Source: Minisyncoccota bacterium (GTDB lineage: Bacteria > Patescibacteriota > Minisyncoccia > Phycocordibacterales > UBA9973). From it: a stretch of DNA of 56,409 nucleotides. The notes beneath the pieces are model-generated. The model was not told the origin of the DNA, ran no database searches, and saw nothing but the letters and a program-made list of their open reading frames with translations. Positions 25,094 to 34,540 of this stretch are shown here, piece by piece; position 1 is the stretch's first letter, and each line of letters starts with the position of its first letter. The translations under genes were made by a program, and so were the position numbers. The stretch lies in contig JBBABB010000003.1 of the NCBI GenBank assembly GCA_041657885.1, forward strand, positions 1-56,409, written 5' to 3'.

Positions 25094-28087
25094 TTATTTC
25101 TTTATGTTATTCCACATTTTACAATATTCACACTCCATAGATCCACTGCCATATGGTTTGAAGTTACACTCCCTTTCTACCCAAGAGCCTGATGAAAGAG
25201 CTTCGTCATATTCTTTTATATCTCTCTTTAATAAATTAATTTGTTCTTCGGTAATTTTTGTTTGATAAAATGCATTTTTATCACCCACTTTACTTTCAAG
25301 AAATAATAATTTTGAATTTGAAACTTTTAATTCTCCACTATTACCGGATAAAAGATAAGAGTACATCGCAAGCTGGCGCATTAGGTCAGACATTCTCCCT
25401 TCTTCATCTACTTTCTCTATTATCCCACTTGTTTTTGAGTTTCCTGTTTTAAAATCTGTCACATAAACTTTACCATCTGTTAAATATTCCGTTAGGTCTA
25501 TTTTCCCATACATTAAGAGGTGTGGAAAATTTTTTTTATCAACAAATAAAACTGAACGTTCTGACTTGAAATCAGGGAGTAAATGAGAATAATAATTATC
25601 TATCCAGTTTTGAGTTATATCATAAGCATCACGGCTTAGTTTTCTTAAATTGTTTTCATTTGTAATCCCTTCCTTCTGAAATGCTTCATTAATATTAGAT
25701 TTTATTTCATTTTCACTGGGTAATTCTTTTAACTTCAAAATATATTCAATCATAGAGTGCACTACTGTTCCAAGAGTCAAATATACCGGCTTTACTTCTG
25801 GTAATCTCAAAAAATTTCTAAAATACCATTTCCACGGGCATTCAAAGAAGTTATTCAACATTGAGACAGAAACTTTGATATCACTATGATTTTCATAAAC
25901 CAATTTTTGTATATCAGAAACTATATTAGTATCTTTTTTAATATTAGAATTTATATAAACTTCAGCTCCTTGTTCTAATATTTCTTTTTCTGTTGCAGAA
26001 GAATTTTTCTTAACAAAATGTATATCATCAAGCTCTTTAATTATAGAAGCGAGTTCCATGGTATTACCATTATAATTCTCTTGTGCGTATGATAAGATAC
26101 AAAATTCTTTAGCTCGGGTAATTGCAACATAAAGTTCTCTTTTAGCCATTTCAACACTTTTCTTATTTATATGCTCTTTAATTTTTTCCGGCAAAGTAAA
26201 TCCGCCTTTTTTCTCAGACATCAATGTCTCTTCATTCATATGCGCCACCCAGACACATTCATACTCAAGACCTTTTGATTTATGAAGAGTCATAACTCTG
26301 ATACCAGAATCACTCTCAAATTTCGTAAGCTCAATATGTGTTCCATAAGATTCAAGCCGATTAATATATTCCAAAAATGAAGCGAGAGTTGGTTTTCTGT
26401 TTTTTTCTTCATAAAACATTGCTAAATGAATAAAACTTCGGACCACCTCTACTCTATTTAATAATTCATCGCTTCCTTTTGATGTGTTTATCAAAAGCTC
26501 ATTACCAATATTACTAATAACTATACTTGGTTTTTCGCTAGATAAATTGTTTACCCAGTCCTTTAATTTATTTCCCCATTTAGAAATAGGATTTTCTCTA
26601 GTAAAAAGTCCATCATTAGAATCATAAGAAATTAATTCTTCTATCGTTAATTTATCTGGTTTTGTATTCTTTAAGAAATTATGCGCTGAAAGGTAAGAAA
26701 TATCACTTGTCTTATCAAGTAGAGATTTTGACAATAAAATAGAATCAGATGGGTTAACTATTACACCCAGTACTCTGCGAAAAAAATCACCTTCAAGTAC
26801 AGAGAAGAGAGATAAACTTTTCCCCGACGATACAGGTAACCCCATATCGGAAAGTATTTGTATAGCGGAGCGGACATTGTAATTCTTTGGAACTAAAAGA
26901 GCACATTCATCAGAGCCTAATCCTTCTTCAATTTTTTGTTTGAAGTAAAAACCAGCGCCGATAATTTCATCGCGGGGATAAGCGTATTCGTTAAGCATTA
27001 TTTTACTATTACCTTTTTTGTTGCTATTTAATTTTTCATCTGTAATTGAACTTTTAAGTAAATTATCCGCAATAGAAAGTATTGGGGCTGTGGAACGATA
27101 ATTCTCTATAAGAATAATTAATTTTGCTTTACCAAAAATATGAGAAAACTCTTCAAAATAAGAAAGCGATGCTCCAGAGAAAGCATAAATAAGCTGACGA
27201 TCATCTCCCACTACAAAAATATTTGGACTTTCAACCTCTTTCCAAACTGCTTTCAAAAAACTATTTTGAATTCCATTTGAATCTTGATGTTCATCTACTA
27301 ATATATATAAATAATTTTCTCTTATGTCATCTCGGATACTTTCAAAATCCTCAACTAGTAAAACTGCATATTCTAATACATCATCATAATCGATGAGTGA
27401 TTTTTCTTTTTTATTTTTTTCATACAACTCATAAAACTTTACAACTTCACGAGTGCGCATTAACTGGTCTATTTTCTTTTCTGTTTCTTTTTTAAGCTTA
27501 CCTTTTGTTTCCCCACGAGAAGAAATATTCTCCGGAGTTTCTTTTAAGTTTTTAATATTTTCTTCTATATAAGATAACAATTTATTGAATGTTATACGTT
27601 CACGTTTTAATATTGAAACAAGTTGTTTTAAGTCACCAAAATACATTGCTGGGTTATTTCGAGGACTAATATATTCCCAATCATTGTTGTTTAGAATTTC
27701 ATCAATCAAAAATACTGCTTCATCGTCGGACAAAAGTGCTGGCATCTGTGTGAAATCAAGAAGTTCATAATGCTTCTCAATAAGGTTAAAGGCAAAACTA
27801 TGGAAGGTTGAAACAGCAACATTTTTTGCCCTATCACCAATATATTTTTCTAACCTTTCTTTCATGGCTGAAACACCAGAATTTGTAAAAGTCAAACATA
27901 AAATTCCATCAGGGCTTGTATCTGTTTTTTTCAAAATATTTCCTATACGCAAAGCAAGTATTTGGGTCTTTCCGGTTCCAGGACCTGCTACTACCATTAC
28001 TGGACCATCTATGGTATCCACAGCTAATCTTTGGGCTTTATTTAGCTCTTTATATGTTTTTTCAAATTCAGTTAGTAGATTTCTCAT
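25094..28087 (-). CDS. UvrD/PcrA-type superfamily 1 helicase fused to a C-terminal PD-(D/E)XK (Cas4/AddB-like, Cys-cluster) nuclease
   Basis: Helicase motifs are VVAGPGTGKTQIL, ILVDEHQDSN, VMTLHKSKGLEYECVWV and ELYVAITRAKEF. The C-terminal part has ECPWKWYF, GKIDLTE..VTDFKTG and C-x-CEYC cysteines. Confidence 0.8.
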   Translation of the reverse strand: MRNLLTEFEKTYKELNKAQRLAVDTIDGPVMVVAGPGTGKTQILALRIGNILKKTDTSPDGILCLTFTNSGVSAMKERLEKYIGDRAKNVAVSTFHSFAFNLIEKHYELLDFTQMPALLSDDEAVFLIDEILNNNDWEYISPRNNPAMYFGDLKQLVSILKRERITFNKLLSYIEENIKNLKETPENISSRGETKGKLKKETEKKIDQLMRTREVVKFYELYEKNKKEKSLIDYDDVLEYAVLLVEDFESIRDDIRENYLYILVDEHQDSNGIQNSFLKAVWKEVESPNIFVVGDDRQLIYAFSGASLSYFEEFSHIFGKAKLIILIENYRSTAPILSIADNLLKSSITDEKLNSNKKGNSKIMLNEYAYPRDEIIGAGFYFKQKIEEGLGSDECALLVPKNYNVRSAIQILSDMGLPVSSGKSLSLFSVLEGDFFRRVLGVIVNPSDSILLSKSLLDKTSDISYLSAHNFLKNTKPDKLTIEELISYDSNDGLFTRENPISKWGNKLKDWVNNLSSEKPSIVISNIGNELLINTSKGSDELLNRVEVVRSFIHLAMFYEEKNRKPTLASFLEYINRLESYGTHIELTKFESDSGIRVMTLHKSKGLEYECVWVAHMNEETLMSEKKGGFTLPEKIKEHINKKSVEMAKRELYVAITRAKEFCILSYAQENYNGNTMELASIIKELDDIHFVKKNSSATEKEILEQGAEVYINSNIKKDTNIVSDIQKLVYENHSDIKVSVSMLNNFFECPWKWYFRNFLRLPEVKPVYLTLGTVVHSMIEYILKLKELPSENEIKSNINEAFQKEGITNENNLRKLSRDAYDITQNWIDNYYSHLLPDFKSERSVLFVDKKNFPHLLMYGKIDLTEYLTDGKVYVTDFKTGNSKTSGIIEKVDEEGRMSDLMRQLAMYSYLLSGNSGELKVSNSKLLFLESKVGDKNAFYQTKITEEQINLLKRDIKEYDEALSSGSWVERECNFKPYGSGSMECEYCKMWNNIKK

Positions 28088-28091
28088 TTCT

Positions 28092-28919
28092 TTATTTTAG
28101 CATATTTAACTCAAAATTATTATTCCAATCTATTTTATTTACTTCTATATTTTTATCAAATAATTTTGACAAAATTGGCTTTATATCATCTTTTTCACCT
28201 GAAGTAAAAATATCAATTTTCCTGTCCCCTACCACAAACTTATTCAATAATTTGTTTTCACTCAAAACACGAGAAACTTGATGAACTATTGCACTCGTCG
28301 GATCTATAACATTAACTTTATCTCCCACAATTTTTTTTATTAAAGGAATGACAAATGGATAATGAGTACATCCTAAAACAACGGTATCAATATTTTTTTT
28401 AAGCATTGGCAAAAGTCCCCGTTCTAAAATGGAACGCGTTTCAATAGAATTCAAATCCCCTTTTTCTATTTGGCCAACAAGCCCCGAGCAGGTATCTTTA
28501 AATATTTCTACATTGTAAGCGAATCTCTCTACAACAGAATTATATAATTCTCCTTGAAAAGTAGCAGGAGTTGCTAGTACTCCAACTTTCCTTGTATGAG
28601 TTACCTCTACTGCAGGTTTAATAGCTGGTTCCATTCCGACAAAAATTACTTTTGGAAACTTTTCTCGAAGATATTTTAGAGAAGTTGCAGAAGCCGTATT
28701 ACAAGCAATAACAATCACATTACAACCTTTGCTAATTAAAAATTTAGTTATCCCTTCTGAAAATAACCTTATCTCTTCCATAGTTCTTCCTCCATATGGC
28801 ACATGCCCCTGATCTCCGAAAAATACATAATTATATCCCGGCAGTTCTTCCTGCAAGTGCTTCAATATCCACAACCCCCCAACCCCCGAATCAAATACGC
28901 CAATACTTCCTTTTTTCAT
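28092..28919 (-). CDS. murI: Glutamate racemase
   Basis: IGVFDSGVGGLW, IACNTASA and LGCTHYPF are present. Confidence 0.9.
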   Translation of the reverse strand: MKKGSIGVFDSGVGGLWILKHLQEELPGYNYVFFGDQGHVPYGGRTMEEIRLFSEGITKFLISKGCNVIVIACNTASATSLKYLREKFPKVIFVGMEPAIKPAVEVTHTRKVGVLATPATFQGELYNSVVERFAYNVEIFKDTCSGLVGQIEKGDLNSIETRSILERGLLPMLKKNIDTVVLGCTHYPFVIPLIKKIVGDKVNVIDPTSAIVHQVSRVLSENKLLNKFVVGDRKIDIFTSGEKDDIKPILSKLFDKNIEVNKIDWNNNFELNMLK

Positions 28920-28993
28920 AAGGGTATTATAGCATTATTTTATTATTCTAACATATTAAAAGAAACCACCCAATAATGGTATAATTTACTTTT

Positions 28994-29803
28994 ATGCCTG
29001 ATATTACCTTACTTTTAAATCTCTTGACTCAATTCGCGTGGCTCGGCAATTGGTTGTTTTTTACCTTGGCCTTTGTTGAATCCGCTCCATTTATTGGTGT
29101 GTTCATTCCGGGAGCAACCCTCATTTCAATTGGTGGATTTTTGGCTTCTCAAGATTATTTAAATGCTTGGGATATAATATTCTTTGCCACTATCGGCGGA
29201 ATTGTTGGTGATTTTTTCAGTTATTCACTTGGGCGATGGGGTGGTAATTTTATAAAAAATAAAAAAATAATCAATCAAAAAATCCTTGACCATGGAGAAA
29301 AATTCTTTAGGAGGTATGGCAACAAAAGTATTTTTTTGGGTCGTTTCTTCGGACCAATTAGGGCAATTATTCCCTTTATTGCCGGTTTGTCAAAAATGAA
29401 ACCAAAACCATTTATTTTTTGGAATGTTTTAAGTGGAATAGGTTGGGCAATATTGAATGTTTTTCTTGGTTATTTCTCTGGCTCTTTGGTTGTTTCCATT
29501 TTCAAAAAATGGACAAGCGGTTTGACTTTAATATTAGTCGCCGTTACAATTATCGTTCTCGTTTACTGGTTAATTAAAAAACGTGGCGAATCCCTTGTCT
29601 CTTCTTTCCGCGCAAGTAGCCTTAACTTCGTCCAATATCTTCATAACCAAAATTGGTTCAAGAAATTAATTGCCCGCTTCACTTTTATCACCGATTTCTT
29701 CAATGAAAGAAAACACGCCGAAGAAAAACTCTTCGGCAGTGTTATTATCTTTTCATTCTTAATTATAATTTATCTTCTAATATTAATTCTAGATGTATTT
29801 TAA
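28994..29803 (+). CDS. DedA/SNARE-associated family membrane protein with a C-terminal extension
   Basis: FIGVFIPGATLISIGGFLA, FFSYSLGRWGG and LGRFFGPIRAIIPFIAG are present. Confidence 0.8.
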   Translation: MPDITLLLNLLTQFAWLGNWLFFTLAFVESAPFIGVFIPGATLISIGGFLASQDYLNAWDIIFFATIGGIVGDFFSYSLGRWGGNFIKNKKIINQKILDHGEKFFRRYGNKSIFLGRFFGPIRAIIPFIAGLSKMKPKPFIFWNVLSGIGWAILNVFLGYFSGSLVVSIFKKWTSGLTLILVAVTIIVLVYWLIKKRGESLVSSFRASSLNFVQYLHNQNWFKKLIARFTFITDFFNERKHAEEKLFGSVIIFSFLIIIYLLILILDVF

Positions 29804-29804
29804 C

Positions 29805-30488
29805 TTAAGGTCTCTGAATAACTAACTCTTCTTCAGGATTTTCTAGTTTTAAATTATTTATAACCTTTTCGGCTACATAATTTGAACTCATAAATTCTCC
29901 ATAATTTTCTGGTTTTTTCTCGTCAAATAAATTAGTTTGCATGCCCCCTGGATAAATTGCCATTATTTTAATATCTTTTCCATCTACTTCTTTTTTAAGG
30001 GATTTTGTAAATCCCATTGCAGCAAATTTACTCGCACAATATGCTGTTTCATTTACTTTACCATCCAAGGCACTTGTTGAAAGAATATTTATAATTAAAC
30101 CAAAACCTTGTTTCCGCATTTGAATGAGAGCAACTTTAGATCCATACACTGTGCCAAACAAATTAACTTCAATTAAATCGTGCGCTCTTTTCCAATCTGT
30201 TTCTTCAATTGGTTTGTGTGGCAACCAAATACCAGCATTATTTATCCAAATATCAACTCTACCAAATTTTTTAATTGTCTCATTTAAAAGAGAAGTTAAT
30301 TCTTCCTCTTTTGTTACATCAGCGTAAAAACCAAACGCCCCTATTTCTTTTGCGATATTTTGTATTTCAACATCATTATTAGAACTTATAATAACCTTTA
30401 ACCCCTCCTTAACAAAAAGCTCAGCCAATGTTTTCCCAAACCCTTTTGACCCACCAGTTATTATGACAACTTTATCTTTTAGATTCAT
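29805..30488 (-). CDS. Short-chain dehydrogenase/reductase (SDR)
   Basis: ITGGSKGFGK (TGxxxGxG), NNAG and YCASK (YxxxK) are present. Confidence 0.85.
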   Translation of the reverse strand: MNLKDKVVIITGGSKGFGKTLAELFVKEGLKVIISSNNDVEIQNIAKEIGAFGFYADVTKEEELTSLLNETIKKFGRVDIWINNAGIWLPHKPIEETDWKRAHDLIEVNLFGTVYGSKVALIQMRKQGFGLIINILSTSALDGKVNETAYCASKFAAMGFTKSLKKEVDGKDIKIMAIYPGGMQTNLFDEKKPENYGEFMSSNYVAEKVINNLKLENPEEELVIQRP

Positions 30489-30492
30489 AATT

Positions 30493-31179
30493 CTATTTTA
30501 ACAAAAATCGGAGAGTTGATACAAGGCGAATTTTCTTATATTCGGGAGATCCGGGGTCTTTGTCTGTTATATCAAAAACTCCTTGATTACCACGAGTAAC
30601 ACTTCCTACCAATGAACCTGAATTATTTGCAAATTGTGAAGCTGTGTCTCGTGCGTTTTTTATTGCTTCAGCAAGCATTTCAGGTTTGATACTATTTAAA
30701 TCTGAAAATTCAAATGAGATATTGTTTTGATTTAAAACTACTCCCCTTTTTACCAAAAGCAATGTTTCATTTGATGTTGATTTTGCAAGGTCAACTTTTT
30801 TCGTATATACCGACACTTGATTCATTGAATTATATCTGAAGGATGCATCTTTGTATGTCTCTTGATAAATATTCACCGGAGCAACATTTATTTCTGAATT
30901 ATCAAAACCTTTTTCTGTGAGGAATGTTTTAATCGTTGTAATATTTTTTTCTATATCAGAATAAAGAGTATCTATATTATTAGATTTTACCTCAAAACTC
31001 ATAGACCAGATGGCTGTGTCCGCCTTAACGATTTTCTCTGAAAGGCCTTTTACTTCTACATAAGACCCTTGTTTTGAGAAATCCTTAGCCGAAATAAAAA
31101 ACGCCGCAGAAACTAACAAAGAAAATATGATAATCGCCGAACTAATAAATATAAACTTGTTGTTTTTTGTGTCTCCCAT
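30493..31179 (-). CDS. SIMPL/DUF541-like secreted or anchored protein
   Basis: It has an N-terminal TM/signal anchor. Its length and beta-rich pattern are similar to 26-kDa periplasmic immunogenic protein family members. The assignment is by recollection only. Confidence 0.5.
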   Translation of the reverse strand: MGDTKNNKFIFISSAIIIFSLLVSAAFFISAKDFSKQGSYVEVKGLSEKIVKADTAIWSMSFEVKSNNIDTLYSDIEKNITTIKTFLTEKGFDNSEINVAPVNIYQETYKDASFRYNSMNQVSVYTKKVDLAKSTSNETLLLVKRGVVLNQNNISFEFSDLNSIKPEMLAEAIKNARDTASQFANNSGSLVGSVTRGNQGVFDITDKDPGSPEYKKIRLVSTLRFLLK

Positions 31180-31232
31180 AATTTAATTATAACACTTATT
31201 AATTTTAAAACATAATCCACGATTTCGTCTTG

Positions 31233-31243
31233 TTGCGGAGGGT
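31233..31243. repeat. Third, shortest direct copy of the tRNA-Ser 3'-end sequence
   Basis: ttgcggagggt matches 31769-31779 and 31969-31979. It lies upstream of the second gtrA gene. Confidence 0.5.
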
Positions 31244-31345
31244 ATAAGTCACTGCTGGAACCAGTATTTTAAAAAATAAAAGTATTATAATAATTATTTG
31301 CTTTTAAGGGTTATTTCTGATAGTTTTAAGAAAAAGGAGGCTATT

Positions 31346-31732
31346 TTGAAAAAACAACGTTTTTTAGAAATTGTGCGATTCTGTATTAGTGGAGGAATAG
31401 GAGTTATATTAGGATATGCAACTCTTTATATTCTTACAGAATATGTAGGACTTTGGTATTTATTATCATCAATGACTGCATGTGCTCTAAGCTATACTAT
31501 TGGTTTTATTATGCAGAAGTTCTGGGCATTTAAAAACAGAGATACTAAAAAAATAAAAAGACAAATATTTTTGTATTTAGTAATATCTGTTTTATTCTTT
31601 GTAACAAATACTGGGTTCATGTATGTATTCGTAGATTATTGCCATATACAATATATTTTTTCTCAGATAATTCTGACAATTATATTGTCTATTATAAGCT
31701 ACATTACAACTAAAAAGATTTTCGCACACTAA
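31346..31732 (+). CDS. GtrA family membrane protein (second copy in the window)
   Basis: FLEIVRFCISGGIGVILGYATLYILTEY is followed by four TM segments. I prefer the TTG start at 31346, 5 nt after AAGGAGG (31334-31340). The ORF track starts at a TTG at 31298. Confidence 0.7.
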   Translation: MKKQRFLEIVRFCISGGIGVILGYATLYILTEYVGLWYLLSSMTACALSYTIGFIMQKFWAFKNRDTKKIKRQIFLYLVISVLFFVTNTGFMYVFVDYCHIQYIFSQIILTIILSIISYITTKKIFAH

Positions 31733-31767
31733 ACTCAACTATATTTAAACATACGTTGAGTTTTTTA
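31733..31767 (+). terminator. Terminator after gtrA
   Basis: ACTCAAC (15-nt loop) GTTGAGT is followed by TTTTTT. Confidence 0.55.
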
Positions 31768-31936
31768 ATTTGCGGAGGGTGAGGGACCATGAGTACATGT
31801 TTTGGCCTCGACTCATAATTTTTCCGTCGAAAAATTATGGTCTAGCCACCGACTCGCTCATTTTCTCTGCTAAGAAAATGATGCTCCGTCGTTCAAATCC
31901 CCACGCACGACAAGCAGTTGTCGTGCTACCCTCCGC
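31768..31936. other. tRNA-Ser-derived mosaic / structured about 167-nt element closed by a 9-bp terminal helix
   Basis: It begins with a 19-nt direct copy of the tRNA-Ser 3' end (atttgcggagggtgaggga, identical to 31968-31986). It ends with the inverted copy ACCCTCCGC, so GCGGAGGGT pairs with ACCCTCCGC. Internal hairpins include CATAATTTTT ccgtcg AAAAATTATG, CATTTTCT ctgcta AGAAAATG and ACGACAA gcag TTGTCGT. It also contains a T-loop-like GTTCAAATCCC. Confidence 0.5.
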
Positions 31937-31971
31937 AAATACAAAACAGCCCCAAAAGGGGTTTTGTATTT
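31937..31971. terminator. Bidirectional hairpin terminator downstream of tRNA-Ser
   Basis: AAATACAAAA cag CCCC aaaa GGGG TTTTGTATTT. Confidence 0.65.
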
Positions 31972-31972
31972 G

Positions 31973-32059
31973 CGGAGGGTGAGGGATTTGAACCCTCGAA
32001 GGTTGTAACACCTTACACGCTTTCCAAGCGTGCGCAATAGACCACTATGCGAACCCTCC
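31973..32059 (-). tRNA. tRNA-Ser (anticodon GGA), type II with a long variable arm; CCA is not encoded
   Basis: Hand-folded cloverleaf: acceptor GGAGGGT/ACCCTCC; anticodon stem CACGC/GCGTG with loop TTGGAAA; variable arm AAGGT gttaca ACCTT; T arm GAGGG TTCAAAT CCCTC. Confidence 0.85.
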
Positions 32060-32065
32060 ATTTAA

Positions 32066-32959
32066 TTAATTCAAACTTCCCCTTAGCCGTTTTATTCTTT
32101 CTTCAACAGGAGGATGTGTGGAGAATAAATTACCAACTTTCTTTGAAAATTGACCAGAACCTGTTGGATTTGCAATATAAAGATGTGCTATAGCATTTGA
32201 TTGTTTTTTCATTGGTCTGCCATATTTACTAATCTTCTCTAGCGCAGAAGCGAGCCCTTCGGGATAGCGAGTAAGAAGCGAGCCTGATGCGTCTGCTAAA
32301 AATTCGCGCTTACGTGAAATAGCAAACTGAATAAGTGTCGCAGTAATAGGCGCAAGAATTGCGAGAACAATTCCCACAATCATGAAAATTCCACCACCCT
32401 CTCTGTCATTACGACGACCACCAAATATCGTCATGCGAATCATCATATCTGAAACAATAGCAACAAAACCCACAAGGACCACCGCTACCGTAGATACAAG
32501 CATATCACGATTACCAATATGGCTCATCTCATGAGCAACAACCCCCTCAAGCTCTGTTTTATTCATAATAGAGAGTAAGCCTGTCGTCACTGCCACCACA
32601 GCATGATTCTTGTCACGGCCTGTCGCAAAAGCATTTGGTGATGGGTCAACTATGACATAAATTTTTGGCATTGGAAGCCCAGCAGTAATGGCTAAATTTT
32701 CAACTATCGTATAGAAATCAAAATATTGTTCTCGAATTGCTGGGTGTGCCCCAGCCATAGAAAGTGCAATCTTATCAGAAAACCAATATCCTATTATATT
32801 CATTCCCACACTAAAAATAACAAAGAAATATAAAATAGTTGGATTATTATACATTCGGGCAAAAACAAAACCAAGCCCAATCACAACGATTAAAAAGATG
32901 CTCATGAGCATCCATGTCTTGCGAACATTTTGTCCTTGATGTGTATAAAGTGTTGCCAT
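32066..32959 (-). CDS. htpX: Zinc metalloprotease HtpX (M48)
   Basis: HEMSHIGNRD (HExxH) and four TM segments are present. The start is set at MATLYTHQ (ATG 32959), which abuts the lemA stop at 32961. The ORF track starts at 32995. Confidence 0.85.
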   Translation of the reverse strand: MATLYTHQGQNVRKTWMLMSIFLIVVIGLGFVFARMYNNPTILYFFVIFSVGMNIIGYWFSDKIALSMAGAHPAIREQYFDFYTIVENLAITAGLPMPKIYVIVDPSPNAFATGRDKNHAVVAVTTGLLSIMNKTELEGVVAHEMSHIGNRDMLVSTVAVVLVGFVAIVSDMMIRMTIFGGRRNDREGGGIFMIVGIVLAILAPITATLIQFAISRKREFLADASGSLLTRYPEGLASALEKISKYGRPMKKQSNAIAHLYIANPTGSGQFSKKVGNLFSTHPPVEERIKRLRGSLN

Positions 32960-32960
32960 T

Positions 32961-33509
32961 TTAAAACTTAACCGCAACTGGTTCTTTTTCGGCACTATCT
33001 TGCTCTAATTCAAAGAAATCCATCTTAGCGAATTTAAACATAGAGGCGATGACATTCCCTGGGAACTGGTCAATAGCAGTATTCAAGTCGCGAATATTTC
33101 CATTGTAAAATCTACGAGATGCTTGAATCTTGTTTTCTGTATCTGAGAGTTCACTTTGAAGCTGAAGAAAATTTGTATTCGCCTTTAAATCAGGATATGC
33201 TTCTGACACTGCAAAAAGAGATTTAAGAGTATCGGAGAGCATATTTTCTGCAACACCTTTTTCTGCTGTAGTACTCGCCTGCATAGCCCGAGCACGAGCT
33301 TCTGTAACCTTTTCAAATGTCCCTGCTTCGTGTGTAGTATACCCTTTCACCGTATTCACAAGATTAGGGATAAGGTCATAACGACGCTTGAGTTGAACAT
33401 CAATATCTGCCCATGCTTCTTGGGTCCTAGTACGGAGTGTAATAAAACCATTATACTTGAAAACCAAAAACAAAATAAACGCGACAACAATTCCTAATAT
33501 TATATACAT
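32961..33509 (-). CDS. lemA: LemA family protein
   Basis: An N-terminal TM helix is followed by YNGFITLRTRTQEAWADIDVQLKRRYDLIPNLV, which is typical of LemA. The lemA-htpX pairing is conserved. Confidence 0.85.
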   Translation of the reverse strand: MYIILGIVVAFILFLVFKYNGFITLRTRTQEAWADIDVQLKRRYDLIPNLVNTVKGYTTHEAGTFEKVTEARARAMQASTTAEKGVAENMLSDTLKSLFAVSEAYPDLKANTNFLQLQSELSDTENKIQASRRFYNGNIRDLNTAIDQFPGNVIASMFKFAKMDFFELEQDSAEKEPVAVKF

Positions 33510-33520
33510 ATATAATTGGA

Positions 33521-33592
33521 GCAGAAAATGAAATTTTATGAGTCGCGTCGGAGCCCTTTAGGGTAAAGCGCGAATAAAATTTTATTTTCTGC
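33521..33592. repeat. Long hairpin carrying the conserved 36-nt GC-rich core, copy 2
   Basis: An 18-bp stem (gcagaaaatgaaatttta / taaaattttattttctgc) is unrelated in sequence to the copy-1 stem. It encloses a core at 33539-33574 that is identical to 4663-4698. Confidence 0.8.
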
Positions 33593-33648
33593 GTAAATAA
33601 TAAATAAAAACGACTTTAGATACAATATCCATTATAGCATACTGAAAC

Positions 33649-34539
33649 CTAATTCTTTGCCTTCTTCTTTTGAAGGTTATTAAATATTACAAGCAATGGA
33701 CTTGCTAAAAAGATGGAGGAATATGTACCGAAGAACATTCCGGCTGTAAGCATAATAGCGAAAACTCTTGTACTTACTGGTCCAAAAAATACCAAAGCGA
33801 GAAGTGCAATAATAACAGTTGATGCTGTTGCGATTGACCTAATATAAACTTGGCTAATACTTCGCCCGACAGTTTCTTCAAATGTTTTAAAATGACCAAC
33901 ACGAATATTTTCACGAATACGATCAAATACAACTATAGTATCTGAAACAGAAAGACCCAATATTGTCATCACAGCAACCACAAAAAGAGTATCAACTTCA
34001 GCTCCAATTAAATGACCTAAAAACGCAAATACCCCAGCTGAAATAGTAACATCGTGAATCAATGACACTATTGCTATTAAACCATATTTCCAAGAAGAAA
34101 CTGGTTTTGAAACTTTACGAAAAGAAAAAGCTATCCAGAATATAATTCCAAGCGCTACTAGAATAAAAGAAATAATAGATTTGCGGACAAGTTCAGCTCC
34201 AACAGAAGGGCCGATAGAAGTAAAACTTTTTTCTGTAACATCACTTCCTAGCGCTTTCATGACAGACGAACGCTCTAGTTCATTTATATCTCGAGTTTTG
34301 ATACTGTAACCCTTTTCTCCCATAGGTTGAACTAATATTTCTCCTATAGAAAGAGGTTTTATTGTATCTTCTATAATTTTTTGTTCTGGTCTAGAAGTTG
34401 TATATTCTACCTCAAGAAGAGAACCTCCTTTGAAATCAATACCGAAATTCAAGCCGAAAAAAATTATAGATAGAATAGATAAAGAAACAAGAACAGCTGA
34501 AATCGTAACGAATATTTTTTTGTGTTTAATTATAAACAT
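33649..34539 (-). CDS. secF: Protein translocase subunit SecF
   Basis: GIDFKGGSLLEV is present, with six TM segments. It lies immediately downstream of secD. Confidence 0.9.
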   Translation of the reverse strand: MFIIKHKKIFVTISAVLVSLSILSIIFFGLNFGIDFKGGSLLEVEYTTSRPEQKIIEDTIKPLSIGEILVQPMGEKGYSIKTRDINELERSSVMKALGSDVTEKSFTSIGPSVGAELVRKSIISFILVALGIIFWIAFSFRKVSKPVSSWKYGLIAIVSLIHDVTISAGVFAFLGHLIGAEVDTLFVVAVMTILGLSVSDTIVVFDRIRENIRVGHFKTFEETVGRSISQVYIRSIATASTVIIALLALVFFGPVSTRVFAIMLTAGMFFGTYSSIFLASPLLVIFNNLQKKKAKN

Positions 34540-34540
34540 A

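Noticed and set aside
31768-31936. Possibility that this element is tmRNA, SRP RNA, RNase P RNA or a second tRNA (with or without an intron)
   Set aside because: It is too short for tmRNA or RNase P. It lacks the GGAA tetraloop and AGCA symmetric-loop motif of SRP domain IV. I found no plausible tag reading frame. No D or anticodon arms of normal size could be drawn. It is kept only as an unclassified structured element.
31770-32061. ORFs 31770-31982 (+) and 31870-32061 (-)
   Set aside because: They overlap the tRNA-Ser gene, its terminator and the tRNA-derived mosaic. They have no RBS or protein-like features.
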